The notes: generated by a model not told the origin, from the letters alone. A stretch of DNA of 64,000 bases from Clostridia bacterium (GCA_017547755.1 JAFYOX010000107.1:22040-86039), one strand, 5' to 3'. Positions 55,538-64,000 are shown, counted from the first letter of the stretch. Program-made: numbers and translations.

Positions 55538-57436
55538 ATGAAACATAAAGTTGTAGACATCGTATGTCTTTCTCTGGCTGCTGCCATGTTCGGCAGCGTT
55601 GCGCTTCTCAATCTTGTTCAGCCGAACCGTCCGACGGAATCGGCGATGGAACAGCGCAAACTTGCGGAGATGCCGGCGTTTTCGCTGAAATCTCTTGCGG
55701 ACGGTTCGTTCTTCTCCGGAACCTCCGTCTTTGTGTCCGACACCTTCCTGTACCGCGACCAGCTGGTCGGACTTTCCAAGAAAATGGATACGCTCCGCGG
55801 CATCGATTACTCCGTCGGCGGCGAAGAGGACAGTTTTGTTCTTCTTGATAACGCGACCGGTGCGTCTGCCGGAGACGATGAAGCGGCAAACGCGGCTGCG
55901 GATCAGATCGCGGCGGCGTTCGACAGCCTTCTGAACCAGACGCAGACGGAATCCCCTGCGGAAGAAACTCCGGCGGTTCCGGAACTCACTGCGGAAGAAG
56001 AAATTGCTGATGAAGTGATCACGGAAGAAGCGGTGGTTCCTGCAGGCGAAATCACCGAAGAACCCGAACCGGAACCGACACCCGAGCCGGAAATTCCGGC
56101 GGAAGCGGTCGTCGATATCCCCGATGAAAATCCTGCGGAGAAAACTCCTGAGGCTCCCGCACCGGAAGTTCCCGCAGAACCCGCGGAACCCGCAGAACCG
56201 GAAGTTCCTGCAGAACCCGAAGCTCCCGCGGAACCGGTGGTTACCGCGATCCATCTGACGAAAAACAATCTCAAGCTGACCGTCGGCAGCGGTGCCGTGG
56301 TCAATGCGACGGTGGATTCCAACGGACATTCCGGAGCGAAGGTACGCTGGTCCATTTCCGATAAAAATGTTGCGACCATTGCAATGAATCCGAACGGCGG
56401 CATCGACGTCAAGGCAGTTGCGGAAGGCACCTGCACGCTGACCTGTTCCGCCGGAGAAGGGGATGCGAAGATCCAGCAGAAATGCGAGATCACGGTCAGC
56501 GCGGTCATTGCCCAGACGCCCGCAGAAGATGCCGGTCTGACGGCGGACTTCCTGCCGGACGGTCTGTTCATCTACGGTGACGGCGTTTACACGCAGGCAT
56601 ATTATTCCGCGACCAACTCGCAGAACTACGCCCAGACAGCGGCATATTACAAGACCCTGTTCGGCGCGGATACCCGCGTGAGCATGGTCATTGCACCGGT
56701 TTCCGCGATGGTGATCGACAATCCGACGGTCACGTCGAAGATCCCGGATCAGAAGGACATTCTCGACAAGATGGCGGCGTTCGTGGATCCCTCGGTCAAT
56801 TTCGTTGACGCATACACGGAAATGTACGAACACCGCGACGAATACCTCTTCTTCAAGAGCGACCACCACTGGACGGCGCGCGGCGCGTACTACGCGTACT
56901 CCGCGTTTGCGAAGTCCATCGGTCTCGAACCGACGCCTCTGGACGGCTTTGACTACAATGTCATGAACGACAGCTATCACGGCAGTATGTACAACTACAC
57001 GTATGACGCCCGTGTAAAGAATTTTGTGGACACCATCGAAGCATTCTTCCCGCGCAAGGCGCATACGATGACGATATCCGCGATCGGCGGTGCGACGTAC
57101 AATTACAACACCTCCATCGTCAGCACGAACAAGACGTACGTGACCTTCATCGCCGGAGACAACCCGTACACGGTCATCAACGTTCCGGAAAATCCGCAGG
57201 ACTTCAACGTACTGGTTCTGAAGGACTCCTTCGGCAACGCGTTTGTCCCGTTCCTGTGCGAACATTACGGCAACATCATCGTTGTGGACACCCGCCATTC
57301 CGGCATGAACGTCTATGAACAGCTGAAGGATTACGGTCTGTCCGACATTATTTTCGTGAACAACATTCAGGCGGCGAACTCGGCTTCGTGGTACAGTATG
57401 TACATGAAGGCGGTCGGCGTGAACATCGGCGGATGA
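55538..57436 (+). CDS. DHHW family protein with N-terminal TM, Pro/Glu-rich linker and Big_2 Ig-like domain
   Basis: 632 aa. FFKSDHHWTARGAYYAY motif and VLKDSFGNAF. Big_2-like segment ITAIHLTKNNLKLTVGSGAVVNATV...CTLTCSA. Confidence 0.8.
   Translation: MKHKVVDIVCLSLAAAMFGSVALLNLVQPNRPTESAMEQRKLAEMPAFSLKSLADGSFFSGTSVFVSDTFLYRDQLVGLSKKMDTLRGIDYSVGGEEDSFVLLDNATGASAGDDEAANAAADQIAAAFDSLLNQTQTESPAEETPAVPELTAEEEIADEVITEEAVVPAGEITEEPEPEPTPEPEIPAEAVVDIPDENPAEKTPEAPAPEVPAEPAEPAEPEVPAEPEAPAEPVVTAIHLTKNNLKLTVGSGAVVNATVDSNGHSGAKVRWSISDKNVATIAMNPNGGIDVKAVAEGTCTLTCSAGEGDAKIQQKCEITVSAVIAQTPAEDAGLTADFLPDGLFIYGDGVYTQAYYSATNSQNYAQTAAYYKTLFGADTRVSMVIAPVSAMVIDNPTVTSKIPDQKDILDKMAAFVDPSVNFVDAYTEMYEHRDEYLFFKSDHHWTARGAYYAYSAFAKSIGLEPTPLDGFDYNVMNDSYHGSMYNYTYDARVKNFVDTIEAFFPRKAHTMTISAIGGATYNYNTSIVSTNKTYVTFIAGDNPYTVINVPENPQDFNVLVLKDSFGNAFVPFLCEHYGNIIVVDTRHSGMNVYEQLKDYGLSDIIFVNNIQAANSASWYSMYMKAVGVNIGG
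55949..56236 (+). repeat. Coding low-complexity Pro/Glu/Ala-rich linker (imperfect tandem PAEP/PEPE units)
   Basis: Translates to ..EEPEPEPTPEPEIPAE..APAPEVPAEPAEPAEPEVPAEPEAPAEP inside the DHHW gene. Confidence 0.8.
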
Positions 57437-57486
57437 ATTTCCGGGGATTTTCGCGAGGAAACCCCACGTTATAAAAGGAGAACGCT

Positions 57487-58311
57487 ATGAAACTTGGTAT
57501 TATCAACGGCTGGAGCGAAGACAGCTTCGCTTATGTGGCGCAGAAGGGACTGCACGCAGTCGAATTCTGCTGCAACCACAACTACGACAGCATGGAAGTT
57601 GCCGGACATGTGGACGAGATCCGGGAACGGATGGCAAAGTACGATGTTGTGGTCGGTTCCATCGGCCGCTGGGGTCAGCGCAGAATCGATGAAAACGGAA
57701 ACATCATCGAATCCGCATTCCAGCACGACAAGAACCTGATCGACGCAGCGTCCGCGCTCGGCTGTCCGGTCTTCAACACCGGCTGCAACGCGGTGGAAGG
57801 CAAGACCTTCGAAGAAAACTGCAGGATCGCGATCGATTATTTCGGCAAGCTGCTCGACTACGCGAAGGGCAAGAACGTCAGGATCGCGGTTTACAACTGC
57901 TCCTGGGAAAACTTTGTTGTGGAAGATCCTGCATGGGAAATCGTTCTCGGCGCACTGCCGGATCTCTGGCTGAAGTATGACACGTCGCACTGCCTCGGCC
58001 GCGGCGGCGATTACATCAAGGAAATGTACAAGTGGGGCGAACGCATCGCGCACTTCCACCTCAAGGGTTCGATGTACATCGACGGCCGTCACTACGACGA
58101 CCCGCCGGCAGGCCTCGACCAGGTCAACTGGGGCGCCGTCATGAACCTTCTCTACACGAAGGGGTACAACGGCATGATCTCCATCGAGCCGCACTCCGGC
58201 CGCTGGATGGGCGTACGCGGTCAGTGGGGCGTCGACTTCACGATCAAGTTCATCACTCCCTACATCATGCCCGAAGACTACGAATGGAACGGCAACCCGT
58301 ACATGCCGTAA
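57487..58311 (+). CDS. Sugar phosphate isomerase/epimerase (xylose isomerase-like TIM barrel)
   Basis: 274 aa. HFHLKG, ISIEPH and a YDTSH metal-ligand pattern. Confidence 0.8.
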   Translation: MKLGIINGWSEDSFAYVAQKGLHAVEFCCNHNYDSMEVAGHVDEIRERMAKYDVVVGSIGRWGQRRIDENGNIIESAFQHDKNLIDAASALGCPVFNTGCNAVEGKTFEENCRIAIDYFGKLLDYAKGKNVRIAVYNCSWENFVVEDPAWEIVLGALPDLWLKYDTSHCLGRGGDYIKEMYKWGERIAHFHLKGSMYIDGRHYDDPPAGLDQVNWGAVMNLLYTKGYNGMISIEPHSGRWMGVRGQWGVDFTIKFITPYIMPEDYEWNGNPYMP

Positions 58312-58329
58312 GGAAAAATGGAGATTATT

Positions 58330-58420
58330 GGGGAAACCTTTTTTTCGAAAAAGGTTTCCCCAAACCCTTTCCAAAAAACTTCAGACAAAAAAGAATGATA
58401 AAGTTTGTGCAGATTTTTCG
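58330..58420 (+). repeat. Dispersed palindromic repeat, copy J (core + tail + distal box)
   Basis: Core GGGGAAACCTTTTTTTCGAAAAAGGTTTCCCC at 58330-58361. Tail AAACCCTTTCCAAAAAACTTCAGAC ends at 58386. Distal box GATAAAGTTTGTGCAGATTTTTCG at 58397-58420. Confidence 0.9.
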
Positions 58421-58437
58421 TAAAAGGAGATATAATT

Positions 58438-59355
58438 ATGTTTGTTGTGGACTCGCATTGTGACAGCATCGCGATGGTTGGAAATCAGCCGCTCGTGAAT
58501 CCGTACAATTACAGTAAGAAATATCAGCAGCTGCAGATGGTGGCGATGTTTTGCGCGCATCCGAAGGATACAAAGCAGGATTCGTGGGACCGTGCGCAGC
58601 ATTACATCAATGTTTTCAATCAGGCGATGATCGATGAAGCGGACGTTGTTCTTCCCGTACGGACGTACGCGGACATCGAAGCGGCATTTGCTGCCGGAAA
58701 GCACGCCGCGCTTCTGACCGTGGAAGGCGGTCTCGGCTTCAATACCGTGGAAAATTTCCGTGCGGTATGGGAAGCCGGCGTCCGTGTGTTCGGCGTGACC
58801 TGGCTGAGCAACGATATGGCAAAGAGCAACCGTGACAACGGTGCGGAAGATACGGGACTTTCCGATCTCGGACGTGAAATCGTCGCGGAAGGCAACCGTC
58901 TCGGCATGATTTTTGACGTATCCCACATTTCCGACAAGAGCTTCTGGGATCTCGCGGAAATCGCGGAAAAGCCGATCATTGCGACGCATTCGAATTTCCG
59001 TACGCTCTGCGGACACACGCGCAACCTGACCGACGACATGGCACGTCAGATCGTGAAGGGCGACGGCATGATCGGTCTGAACCTCTGCACGGGATTCGTT
59101 CATGACGATCCGGAACAGCAGACGATCGAAAATTTCTTCCGTCATCTGGATTACTGCCTCGAAAACTTCGGCGAAGATCACATCGGCTTCGGCGGCGACA
59201 TCGACGGTGTTGGCGGAGAATATCCGAAGCCGGTCAACGAAGGCTCGTCCATCCACGATCAGCTCATCGAATTCATGGAAAAGCATTATTCCGCGTCCGT
59301 GATCGAAAAGGTCGCGGGTGTGAATTACCTGAACTTCCTGAAGAAGTATCTGTGA
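58438..59355 (+). CDS. Membrane dipeptidase (peptidase M19 family)
   Basis: 305 aa. VVDSHCD, DVSHISDKSF and ATHSN. The ATG at 58438 follows AAAAGGAG. Confidence 0.85.
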   Translation: MFVVDSHCDSIAMVGNQPLVNPYNYSKKYQQLQMVAMFCAHPKDTKQDSWDRAQHYINVFNQAMIDEADVVLPVRTYADIEAAFAAGKHAALLTVEGGLGFNTVENFRAVWEAGVRVFGVTWLSNDMAKSNRDNGAEDTGLSDLGREIVAEGNRLGMIFDVSHISDKSFWDLAEIAEKPIIATHSNFRTLCGHTRNLTDDMARQIVKGDGMIGLNLCTGFVHDDPEQQTIENFFRHLDYCLENFGEDHIGFGGDIDGVGGEYPKPVNEGSSIHDQLIEFMEKHYSASVIEKVAGVNYLNFLKKYL

Positions 59356-59368
59356 GCGGGAGGATGTC

Positions 59369-59929
59369 TTGAATATTGCCGGACATCTGAAAACCGTCAC
59401 CCGTCACCGGATGCTGGTGCTGAAGCACTGCGTTCTCTGCGGGATCCCGTTCCGGGGACTGGTGCATGACCTGTCGAAATACTCGCCGGCGGAATTTCTC
59501 GCCGGAGCGAAGTATTACGAACAGGGCGGACGCAGTCCGAATGAGCATGAACGTGAAGTGAAGGGATATTCCTCCGCGTGGATGCACCATAAGGGACGCA
59601 ATCCGCACCATTACGAATACTGGTACGACGTCAGTCCGAAATCCCGGACGTACGAACCGGTGCCGATGCCGCTCGAATATCTGAAAGAGAGCTTCTGCGA
59701 TCGGGTTGCCGCGAGCAAGATCTACAAAGGGGATGCGTACACGGATTCCGTCGCGTACGACTATTTCAAAAGCCGTCCGTCGGAAAAGCTGATGCACCCG
59801 TGCACGGCGTGCATTCTCGAATCGTGGCTGAAAATGCTTGCCGAGGAAGGCGAAGAGAAGACCTTCGCCCATATCCGGAAGATCGACGAAATCAAATACT
59901 GCTCGGACTGTAAAAAACGCACAGACTGA
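59369..59929 (+). CDS. DUF5662-like (HD-related) protein
   Basis: 186 aa with a TTG start. HDLSKYSP..HH..NPHHYEYW His-rich pattern. Confidence 0.55.
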   Translation: MNIAGHLKTVTRHRMLVLKHCVLCGIPFRGLVHDLSKYSPAEFLAGAKYYEQGGRSPNEHEREVKGYSSAWMHHKGRNPHHYEYWYDVSPKSRTYEPVPMPLEYLKESFCDRVAASKIYKGDAYTDSVAYDYFKSRPSEKLMHPCTACILESWLKMLAEEGEEKTFAHIRKIDEIKYCSDCKKRTD

Positions 59930-59951
59930 TGTCCGTGCGGAAAGACTCGCG

Positions 59952-60005
59952 GGAGAATCTTTGAAAGAGGTTCTCCCCGATATTTTTTTGAGATTTTTTC
60001 GGAAA
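59952..60005 (+). repeat. Possible divergent copy K of the dispersed repeat
   Basis: GGGAGAATCTTTGAAAGAGGTTCTCCCC, then GATATTTTTTTGAGATTTTTTCGGAAAA, which resembles the distal part of copy J. Confidence 0.4.
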
Positions 60006-60085
60006 ATACAAAAATCATCTTAACCGTTTTCTCCTTCCGGCGACTATATATACGAAGGTACCTGAAAACGGAAACGGAGAAACCA

Positions 60086-61627
60086 ATGGATCGTGTAAAA
60101 CTGGAACAGCGGATCACCGAGAATATGAAATCGGTGTTCGGCTTTGCCCTGACAAGGCTTGGAAATGTAAAGGAAGCGGAGGAACTCGCCAGCGATATTC
60201 TGTATGCGCTTCTCCGGTCGGCGGAAAATCTGAAAGACGAAGAGCGTTTTTACGGATTCCTGTGGAAAATCGCGGAGAATGTCTGCGCGGATTATCTGCG
60301 GAAAAAATCCAGAAGCGCATCCCGCACCGGAGAACTCGACGGGACGATCGCCGGAGAAGGGGATACAGTTTTGGAAGAGATCGTCCGGAAGGAAGAACTC
60401 AATCTTCTGCGCAGGGAACTGTCCCTGCTGTCAAAGCAGTACCGCGACGCGACGGTTTTATACTATATCGAAGGTCTCTCATGTTCCGAAACGGCGGAAA
60501 AATTACAGATCAGCACGGAAATGGTGAAATATTATCTGTTCCGTGCGCGAAAAATTATCAGAGAGGGTATGAATATGGAAAGAGCATACGGCGAAAAAAG
60601 TTACAGTCCGTGCGGATTCGAGATCGATTACTGGGGGCTTGTCCGGTTTGATCCGCATGAATATGAGGATTTCAAAAATCGGAAGATCAAGGGCAACATT
60701 CTGCTTGCGGCGTACTACAGTTCGGTGACGATCCAGGAAATCTCCGTGGAACTCGGTGTGGCGCTGCCTTATCTGGAAGACGAGATCCGCCTTCTGGAGA
60801 AAAGTCAGTATCTCGTCTGCAGAAACGGAAAATATCTGACGAATATTCCGATCTTTACCATGGAATGCACGGAGAACATCGACGAAAAGCTGAAAGAAGC
60901 AACGGCGGCTGCCGCAGAAAAATTTATCGCCGCGGCGGATACCTTTGAAACCCGCTTCGGAGACCGGTTTGCGGATGAAAATCTTGCACGCTGGCAGAAA
61001 CTTCTGCTGAGCCTGCATTTTTCCCTGATGGAAACCGAGGGCGAGCTGAAGAACACCTACGGGGAATCCACCGAAAACGGACTCGGCGTTGTCTGGGGCA
61101 GAAGTTTTGAAACGCCCAGAGAGGGCGGACCGGAAGGAATTCTGGGCTTCTATAACGGCTGTGAATCCTCGGATGACCGCGGAAGCGTGATCGCGATCAA
61201 TTTTGAACAGACGCTGAATGCACAGATGTTCGAATACAGTATGACCGATCCCGTGGTCTGCACGGCGGTGGACTGCTTTGAATATCTGCCGGAAAACTGG
61301 AAAAATGATCTCGGCGGTCTCGGATATGCGAAAGACGGGAAGGCGAATTTCGCCGTCTGGACGAAGGCGGAATATGAGGAACTGCGGACGATTCTCAGGG
61401 AGTGCATTTCCGTGGTATCCGAACTGAACCTCCGAACCTCCGGCATTGCAGCGAATATCACGGCGGATCTTGCACCCGCACATCTCCGCAAAACGGCGGA
61501 ATACGTTGGAGCGTCGGTCTATCGCTTCCGTTCACTGGAACATTTTGTGAATGCCCTGTATGCCGCGCACTGGGTAAAAGACGTTGACGATACGGACAAG
61601 CCCGCCGTCTGTGTTGTGAAAAACTGA
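60086..61627 (+). CDS. Sigma-70/ECF-like sigma factor with a ~330-aa C-terminal extension (paralog of 13608..15005)
   Basis: EAEELASDILYALL, FLWKIAENVCADYLRK, and region 4 LSCSETAEKLQISTEMVKYYLFRARKIIRE. The extension shares NM.R.YG..S, N.LL.AY and LG.A.PY.EDE..L....L.C..GKY.TNI blocks with the paralog. Confidence 0.8.
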   Translation: MDRVKLEQRITENMKSVFGFALTRLGNVKEAEELASDILYALLRSAENLKDEERFYGFLWKIAENVCADYLRKKSRSASRTGELDGTIAGEGDTVLEEIVRKEELNLLRRELSLLSKQYRDATVLYYIEGLSCSETAEKLQISTEMVKYYLFRARKIIREGMNMERAYGEKSYSPCGFEIDYWGLVRFDPHEYEDFKNRKIKGNILLAAYYSSVTIQEISVELGVALPYLEDEIRLLEKSQYLVCRNGKYLTNIPIFTMECTENIDEKLKEATAAAAEKFIAAADTFETRFGDRFADENLARWQKLLLSLHFSLMETEGELKNTYGESTENGLGVVWGRSFETPREGGPEGILGFYNGCESSDDRGSVIAINFEQTLNAQMFEYSMTDPVVCTAVDCFEYLPENWKNDLGGLGYAKDGKANFAVWTKAEYEELRTILRECISVVSELNLRTSGIAANITADLAPAHLRKTAEYVGASVYRFRSLEHFVNALYAAHWVKDVDDTDKPAVCVVKN

Positions 61628-61635
61628 AGAAAAAT

Positions 61636-61670
61636 CCGCCGGAAGGTATTGCTTCCGGCGGTAAGTTTTT
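61636..61670. terminator. Terminator between convergent genes
   Basis: CCGCCGGAAG-GTATTG-CTTCCGGCGG followed by TAAGTTTTTT. Confidence 0.8.
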
Positions 61671-61681
61671 TATGCGTGATT

Positions 61682-62827
61682 TTATACGTGATCCGCGCTT
61701 TCCATATAGAGCGGGAGCGGGAACCATGCGCGCATGGCGGGAGAGAGCTTGCGGGTGTAGGGAGAATGGATGCCGAAGAGGAACTGCATTGCTTCCATGT
61801 GGGAAAGTTCGAAGTCGCATTCGCCGTCGTAATCTTCCACGGATGCGGTATTGTTTTCTACGGTAAGTTTGATCTTGCAGTCGCCGGCGTAGCCGTGGAT
61901 GAACAGGGTGAGCGTGCCGTCTGCGAGGGTATCGAGCGTGGTCTTGAACTTCAGGAATGCGTTCGTCACGTTCTTGTAGTTCAGAATGTTGAACATATCG
62001 CAGGACCCGATGTCCCAGTGTTCGCAAAGCTGCATTGCCGCTTCGTAGGTTTCATAGTCCCATGCCGCCACATTCAGTCCGACATTGCCGTACTTCTGGA
62101 CGTAATTGCGGATGACGTCGTTGAAGTATGCGCGGTCGGTCAGGGTCAGTTCGTTCAGATCGCCGCAGAAATAACCGATGAATTCGCCGTCCTTCAGGAT
62201 CGCACGGACGGGCTTGCGCCAGGAACGGGCGATGTCGAGGAACTTTTCGCGGGGACGGTTGACGCGGAGCGGACGGGTGTTGTGGAGTTCGTACATCTTG
62301 TCGATCAGTTCGGTGTCGCAGTCGTTCACATCGCGGATCTCCAGTTCGGTGAAGGGAACATCGCGGAAGATGTGGCGCATATTGGTGGTGTCGATCGAAA
62401 CATTGTACTGCATACCGGTATGGTCATAGCCGAAATAGCCGTAACGCTGACGTCTGCCGCCGAGAACGGAGAAGTCCACGCCGTCGCGGATCATGTCGGA
62501 GAGTGCCATGTTCATGCAGTCGATCATGTAGCCCTTGGAACGGGAGTACGGATGAACCGCTACGTTGCCGATGCCGCGGGACTTGAGTTCCACGCCGTTT
62601 ACGTTCAGAATAGCGTCAAACGCGCCGATGGCTGCCTTGAGCTTGCCGTTTTCCGTGACAACGTAATTGTTGTAGCAGGGATCGCAGTCCTTGTTGTAGA
62701 GCTTCGGCAGAAGCTTCTTGAAGTCGGAACTGGTGCCGTTGAAACCGAAGACGTAGTTCATGAAGTCCATGAGGTCGTCGTACATTTCCGGATAGCCGCG
62801 GCCTTTGTAGATGATGGGATCGTTCAT
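61682..62827 (-). CDS. GNAT family acetyltransferase, Eis-like two-domain type
   Basis: 381 aa. IGNVAVHPYSRSKGYM acetyl-CoA motif plus a C-terminal SCP2-like segment. Confidence 0.7.
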   Translation of the reverse strand: MNDPIIYKGRGYPEMYDDLMDFMNYVFGFNGTSSDFKKLLPKLYNKDCDPCYNNYVVTENGKLKAAIGAFDAILNVNGVELKSRGIGNVAVHPYSRSKGYMIDCMNMALSDMIRDGVDFSVLGGRRQRYGYFGYDHTGMQYNVSIDTTNMRHIFRDVPFTELEIRDVNDCDTELIDKMYELHNTRPLRVNRPREKFLDIARSWRKPVRAILKDGEFIGYFCGDLNELTLTDRAYFNDVIRNYVQKYGNVGLNVAAWDYETYEAAMQLCEHWDIGSCDMFNILNYKNVTNAFLKFKTTLDTLADGTLTLFIHGYAGDCKIKLTVENNTASVEDYDGECDFELSHMEAMQFLFGIHSPYTRKLSPAMRAWFPLPLYMESADHV

Positions 62828-62854
62828 ATTGTATATCCTTTCGTAGGAATAAAA

Positions 62855-63733
62855 TTATTTGATCTTTTTGATGACCGGTTCGCACGGCATGGCGAGGATC
62901 CCCTTCATGTCGAACGCGGCTTTTGCACGGTCGCGTGCTTCCGCATCAGTGAACAGACCGAAGACGGACGGACCGCTGCCGCTCATCAGGGAGATTTCCG
63001 CACCGAGTGCGAGCATATCCCGGCGGATCTGAGATGCTTCGGCGTGTTCGGGAAGGATCACGCGTTCGAAGGAATTGTAGAGATTCCGCGGCATTTCACC
63101 GTTCTGAATGGATGTCAGAACATCCTGCATGGACGGTACCGGTTCCGTAACCGGGGTTTCGTCCAGTTTTGCGTACGCCTGCGGCGTCGATACGCCGTGA
63201 CCGGCGTTGCAGATGAGGATATGATAGGGAAGTACCGGCGTTTTCACGGGAGTCAGGATTTCGCCGATGCCGGACGCCGTGCAGGTACCGCCGATCAGGC
63301 AGAACGGGATGTCCGCACCGAGCTTTGCGGCGATCGCGCACAGTTCGTCCATCGGTGCATTCACGTCAAAGAGGGAATTCATGATGGCGAGAACCGCCGC
63401 GCCGTCCGTGGAACCTCCGGCAAGACCGGCTGCTACGGGGATGCGCTTGTCGATGCTGACGGAAACTTCGCTGTCGATGCCGTACTTGTCGAGGAACGCC
63501 ATCGCACATTTTGCCGCAATGTTGCGGTCGTCGGACGGAACCAGACGGTCAGTGCAGGTGATCTTCACACCGCGCACCGTGGTATCCGTATCACGCAGAA
63601 CAGTCACATAGTCGAACAGCGTCACCTGCTGCATCACGCTTTCCACATCGTGATAGCCGTCCGGACGCTTCGCACCGACGTTCAGATAAAGATTGATTTT
63701 GGCATAGGATTTGATGGTTTTTGTTAAAATCAT
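62855..63733 (-). CDS. ispE: 4-diphosphocytidyl-2-C-methyl-D-erythritol kinase
   Basis: 292 aa. AKINLYLNV, the GHMP kinase motif IPVAAGLAGGSTDGAA, and SGSGPSVFG. Confidence 0.9.
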   Translation of the reverse strand: MILTKTIKSYAKINLYLNVGAKRPDGYHDVESVMQQVTLFDYVTVLRDTDTTVRGVKITCTDRLVPSDDRNIAAKCAMAFLDKYGIDSEVSVSIDKRIPVAAGLAGGSTDGAAVLAIMNSLFDVNAPMDELCAIAAKLGADIPFCLIGGTCTASGIGEILTPVKTPVLPYHILICNAGHGVSTPQAYAKLDETPVTEPVPSMQDVLTSIQNGEMPRNLYNSFERVILPEHAEASQIRRDMLALGAEISLMSGSGPSVFGLFTDAEARDRAKAAFDMKGILAMPCEPVIKKIK

Positions 63734-63748
63734 GGATGATACCTGTTG

Positions 63749-64000
63749 TTAATGAATCAGTTTGATGAGAAAATTCTGTTTCGTATCCACCGCGCCGATC
63801 GGGCAGAGTTCCTGACAGCAGTAGCATTTGATGCAGTCTTCGCGGAGGATCACGGCGATCTTTTTGCCTTTTTCTCCGCGTCGTCCGATGCGGATGGTCT
63901 TTTTCGGGCAGGAATCCGCACAGCGTCCGCAGCCGACGCACTTCTTTTCGTTGATGACCGGACGTGCGCTGAAGACATCGACAAGTTTTCCGCCGAGGAA
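63749..64000 (-). CDS. 4Fe-4S ferredoxin-domain protein, C-terminal part (5' end outside the window; DUF362-type C-terminus)
   Basis: Not in the ORF track as a full ORF. The reverse strand reads ..FSARPVINEKKCVGCGRCADSCPKKTIRI..EDCIKCYCCQELCPIGAV..LIKLIH* with two CxxCxxCxxxCP clusters. Stop at 63749-63751. Confidence 0.75.
   Translation of the reverse strand, partial: FLGGKLVDVFSARPVINEKKCVGCGRCADSCPKKTIRIGRRGEKGKKIAVILREDCIKCYCCQELCPIGAVDTKQNFLIKLIH

Noticed and set aside
55949-56236. Tandem-looking GAACC(C/G)GA/GCAGAACC units as a possible CRISPR or VNTR
   Set aside because: The units are 9-15 nt and imperfect, lie in frame inside the DHHW gene, and translate to a Pro/Glu/Ala linker. There is no spacer/repeat architecture.
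55166-57298. 710-aa minus-strand ORF antisense to the MBOAT 3' end and the DHHW gene
   Set aside because: Shadow ORF. The repetitive FRGF/CRNF stretches simply mirror the PAEP linker on the coding strand.
57441-57470. GGGGATTTTCGCGAGGAAACCCC hairpin as another copy of the dispersed repeat
   Set aside because: It shares only the GGGG/CCCC ends. It lacks the TTTTTTGAAAAAA centre and the tail box, so the evidence is insufficient.
61649-63727. 692-aa plus-strand ORF spanning the GNAT and ispE loci
   Set aside because: Antisense to two recognisable genes (GNAT motif, GHMP kinase motif) and runs across their intergenic gap. No SD.
1-64000. Mobile element, prophage, genomic island, tRNA/rRNA or CRISPR content
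   Set aside because: I saw no integrase, transposase, phage structural genes, cloverleaf-like tRNA sequences or rRNA-like stretches. AT-rich segments are ordinary promoter/leader regions. This was a by-eye scan only. tRNAscan-SE or Infernal would be decisive.

Overview
This is a 64-kb chromosomal segment with GC-rich coding regions and short AT-rich spacers. From gene content I infer a Gram-positive anaerobe (Clostridia/Oscillospirales-like): GGAGG Shine-Dalgarno sites, a FabK-type FASII cluster, YfhO, DHHW and CD3324-like genes. I support about 50 protein genes. Housekeeping genes include ruvA/ruvB, a fabH-acpP-fabK-fabD-fabG-fabF-fabZ-accD-accA cluster, tldD/pmbA and ispE. These are interleaved with carbohydrate-active enzyme genes (GH130, GH32-like, GH5, GH2, GH20, two FGGY kinases), two MBOAT plus extracytoplasmic partner pairs, two Na+-coupled transporters, and regulators (MarR, XRE-TPR, two long sigma-70/ECF-like proteins). 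I found no rRNA, tRNA, CRISPR array, transposase, integrase or prophage genes. The ORF track omits the two ORFs that run off the window edges (1..2434 and 63749..64000, both minus strand). It also treats GTG/TTG as start codons. Many long ORFs in the track are antisense shadows of real genes. The observations most worth a second look are: (1) an unannotated dispersed palindromic intergenic repeat family with at least 10 copies, core GGGGAAACyTTTTTTGAAAAAAGrTTTCCCC plus conserved tail and distal boxes; (2) a Tet(M)/EF-G-like GTPase fused to a YacP/Rae1-type NYN RNase domain; (3) an 18-codon Tyr/Phe-rich leader ORF (MANRNFVFAYYYYYFFQR) with a consensus promoter and a strong terminator ahead of a sodium:solute symporter; (4) a 114-nt block of four perfect helices between tldD and pmbA; (5) two paralogous sigma factors with ~300-aa C-terminal extensions and no adjacent anti-sigma gene; (6) a metallophosphoesterase-TIM barrel-PHP triple fusion. 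All functional calls come from motif recognition by eye. No database search was run.
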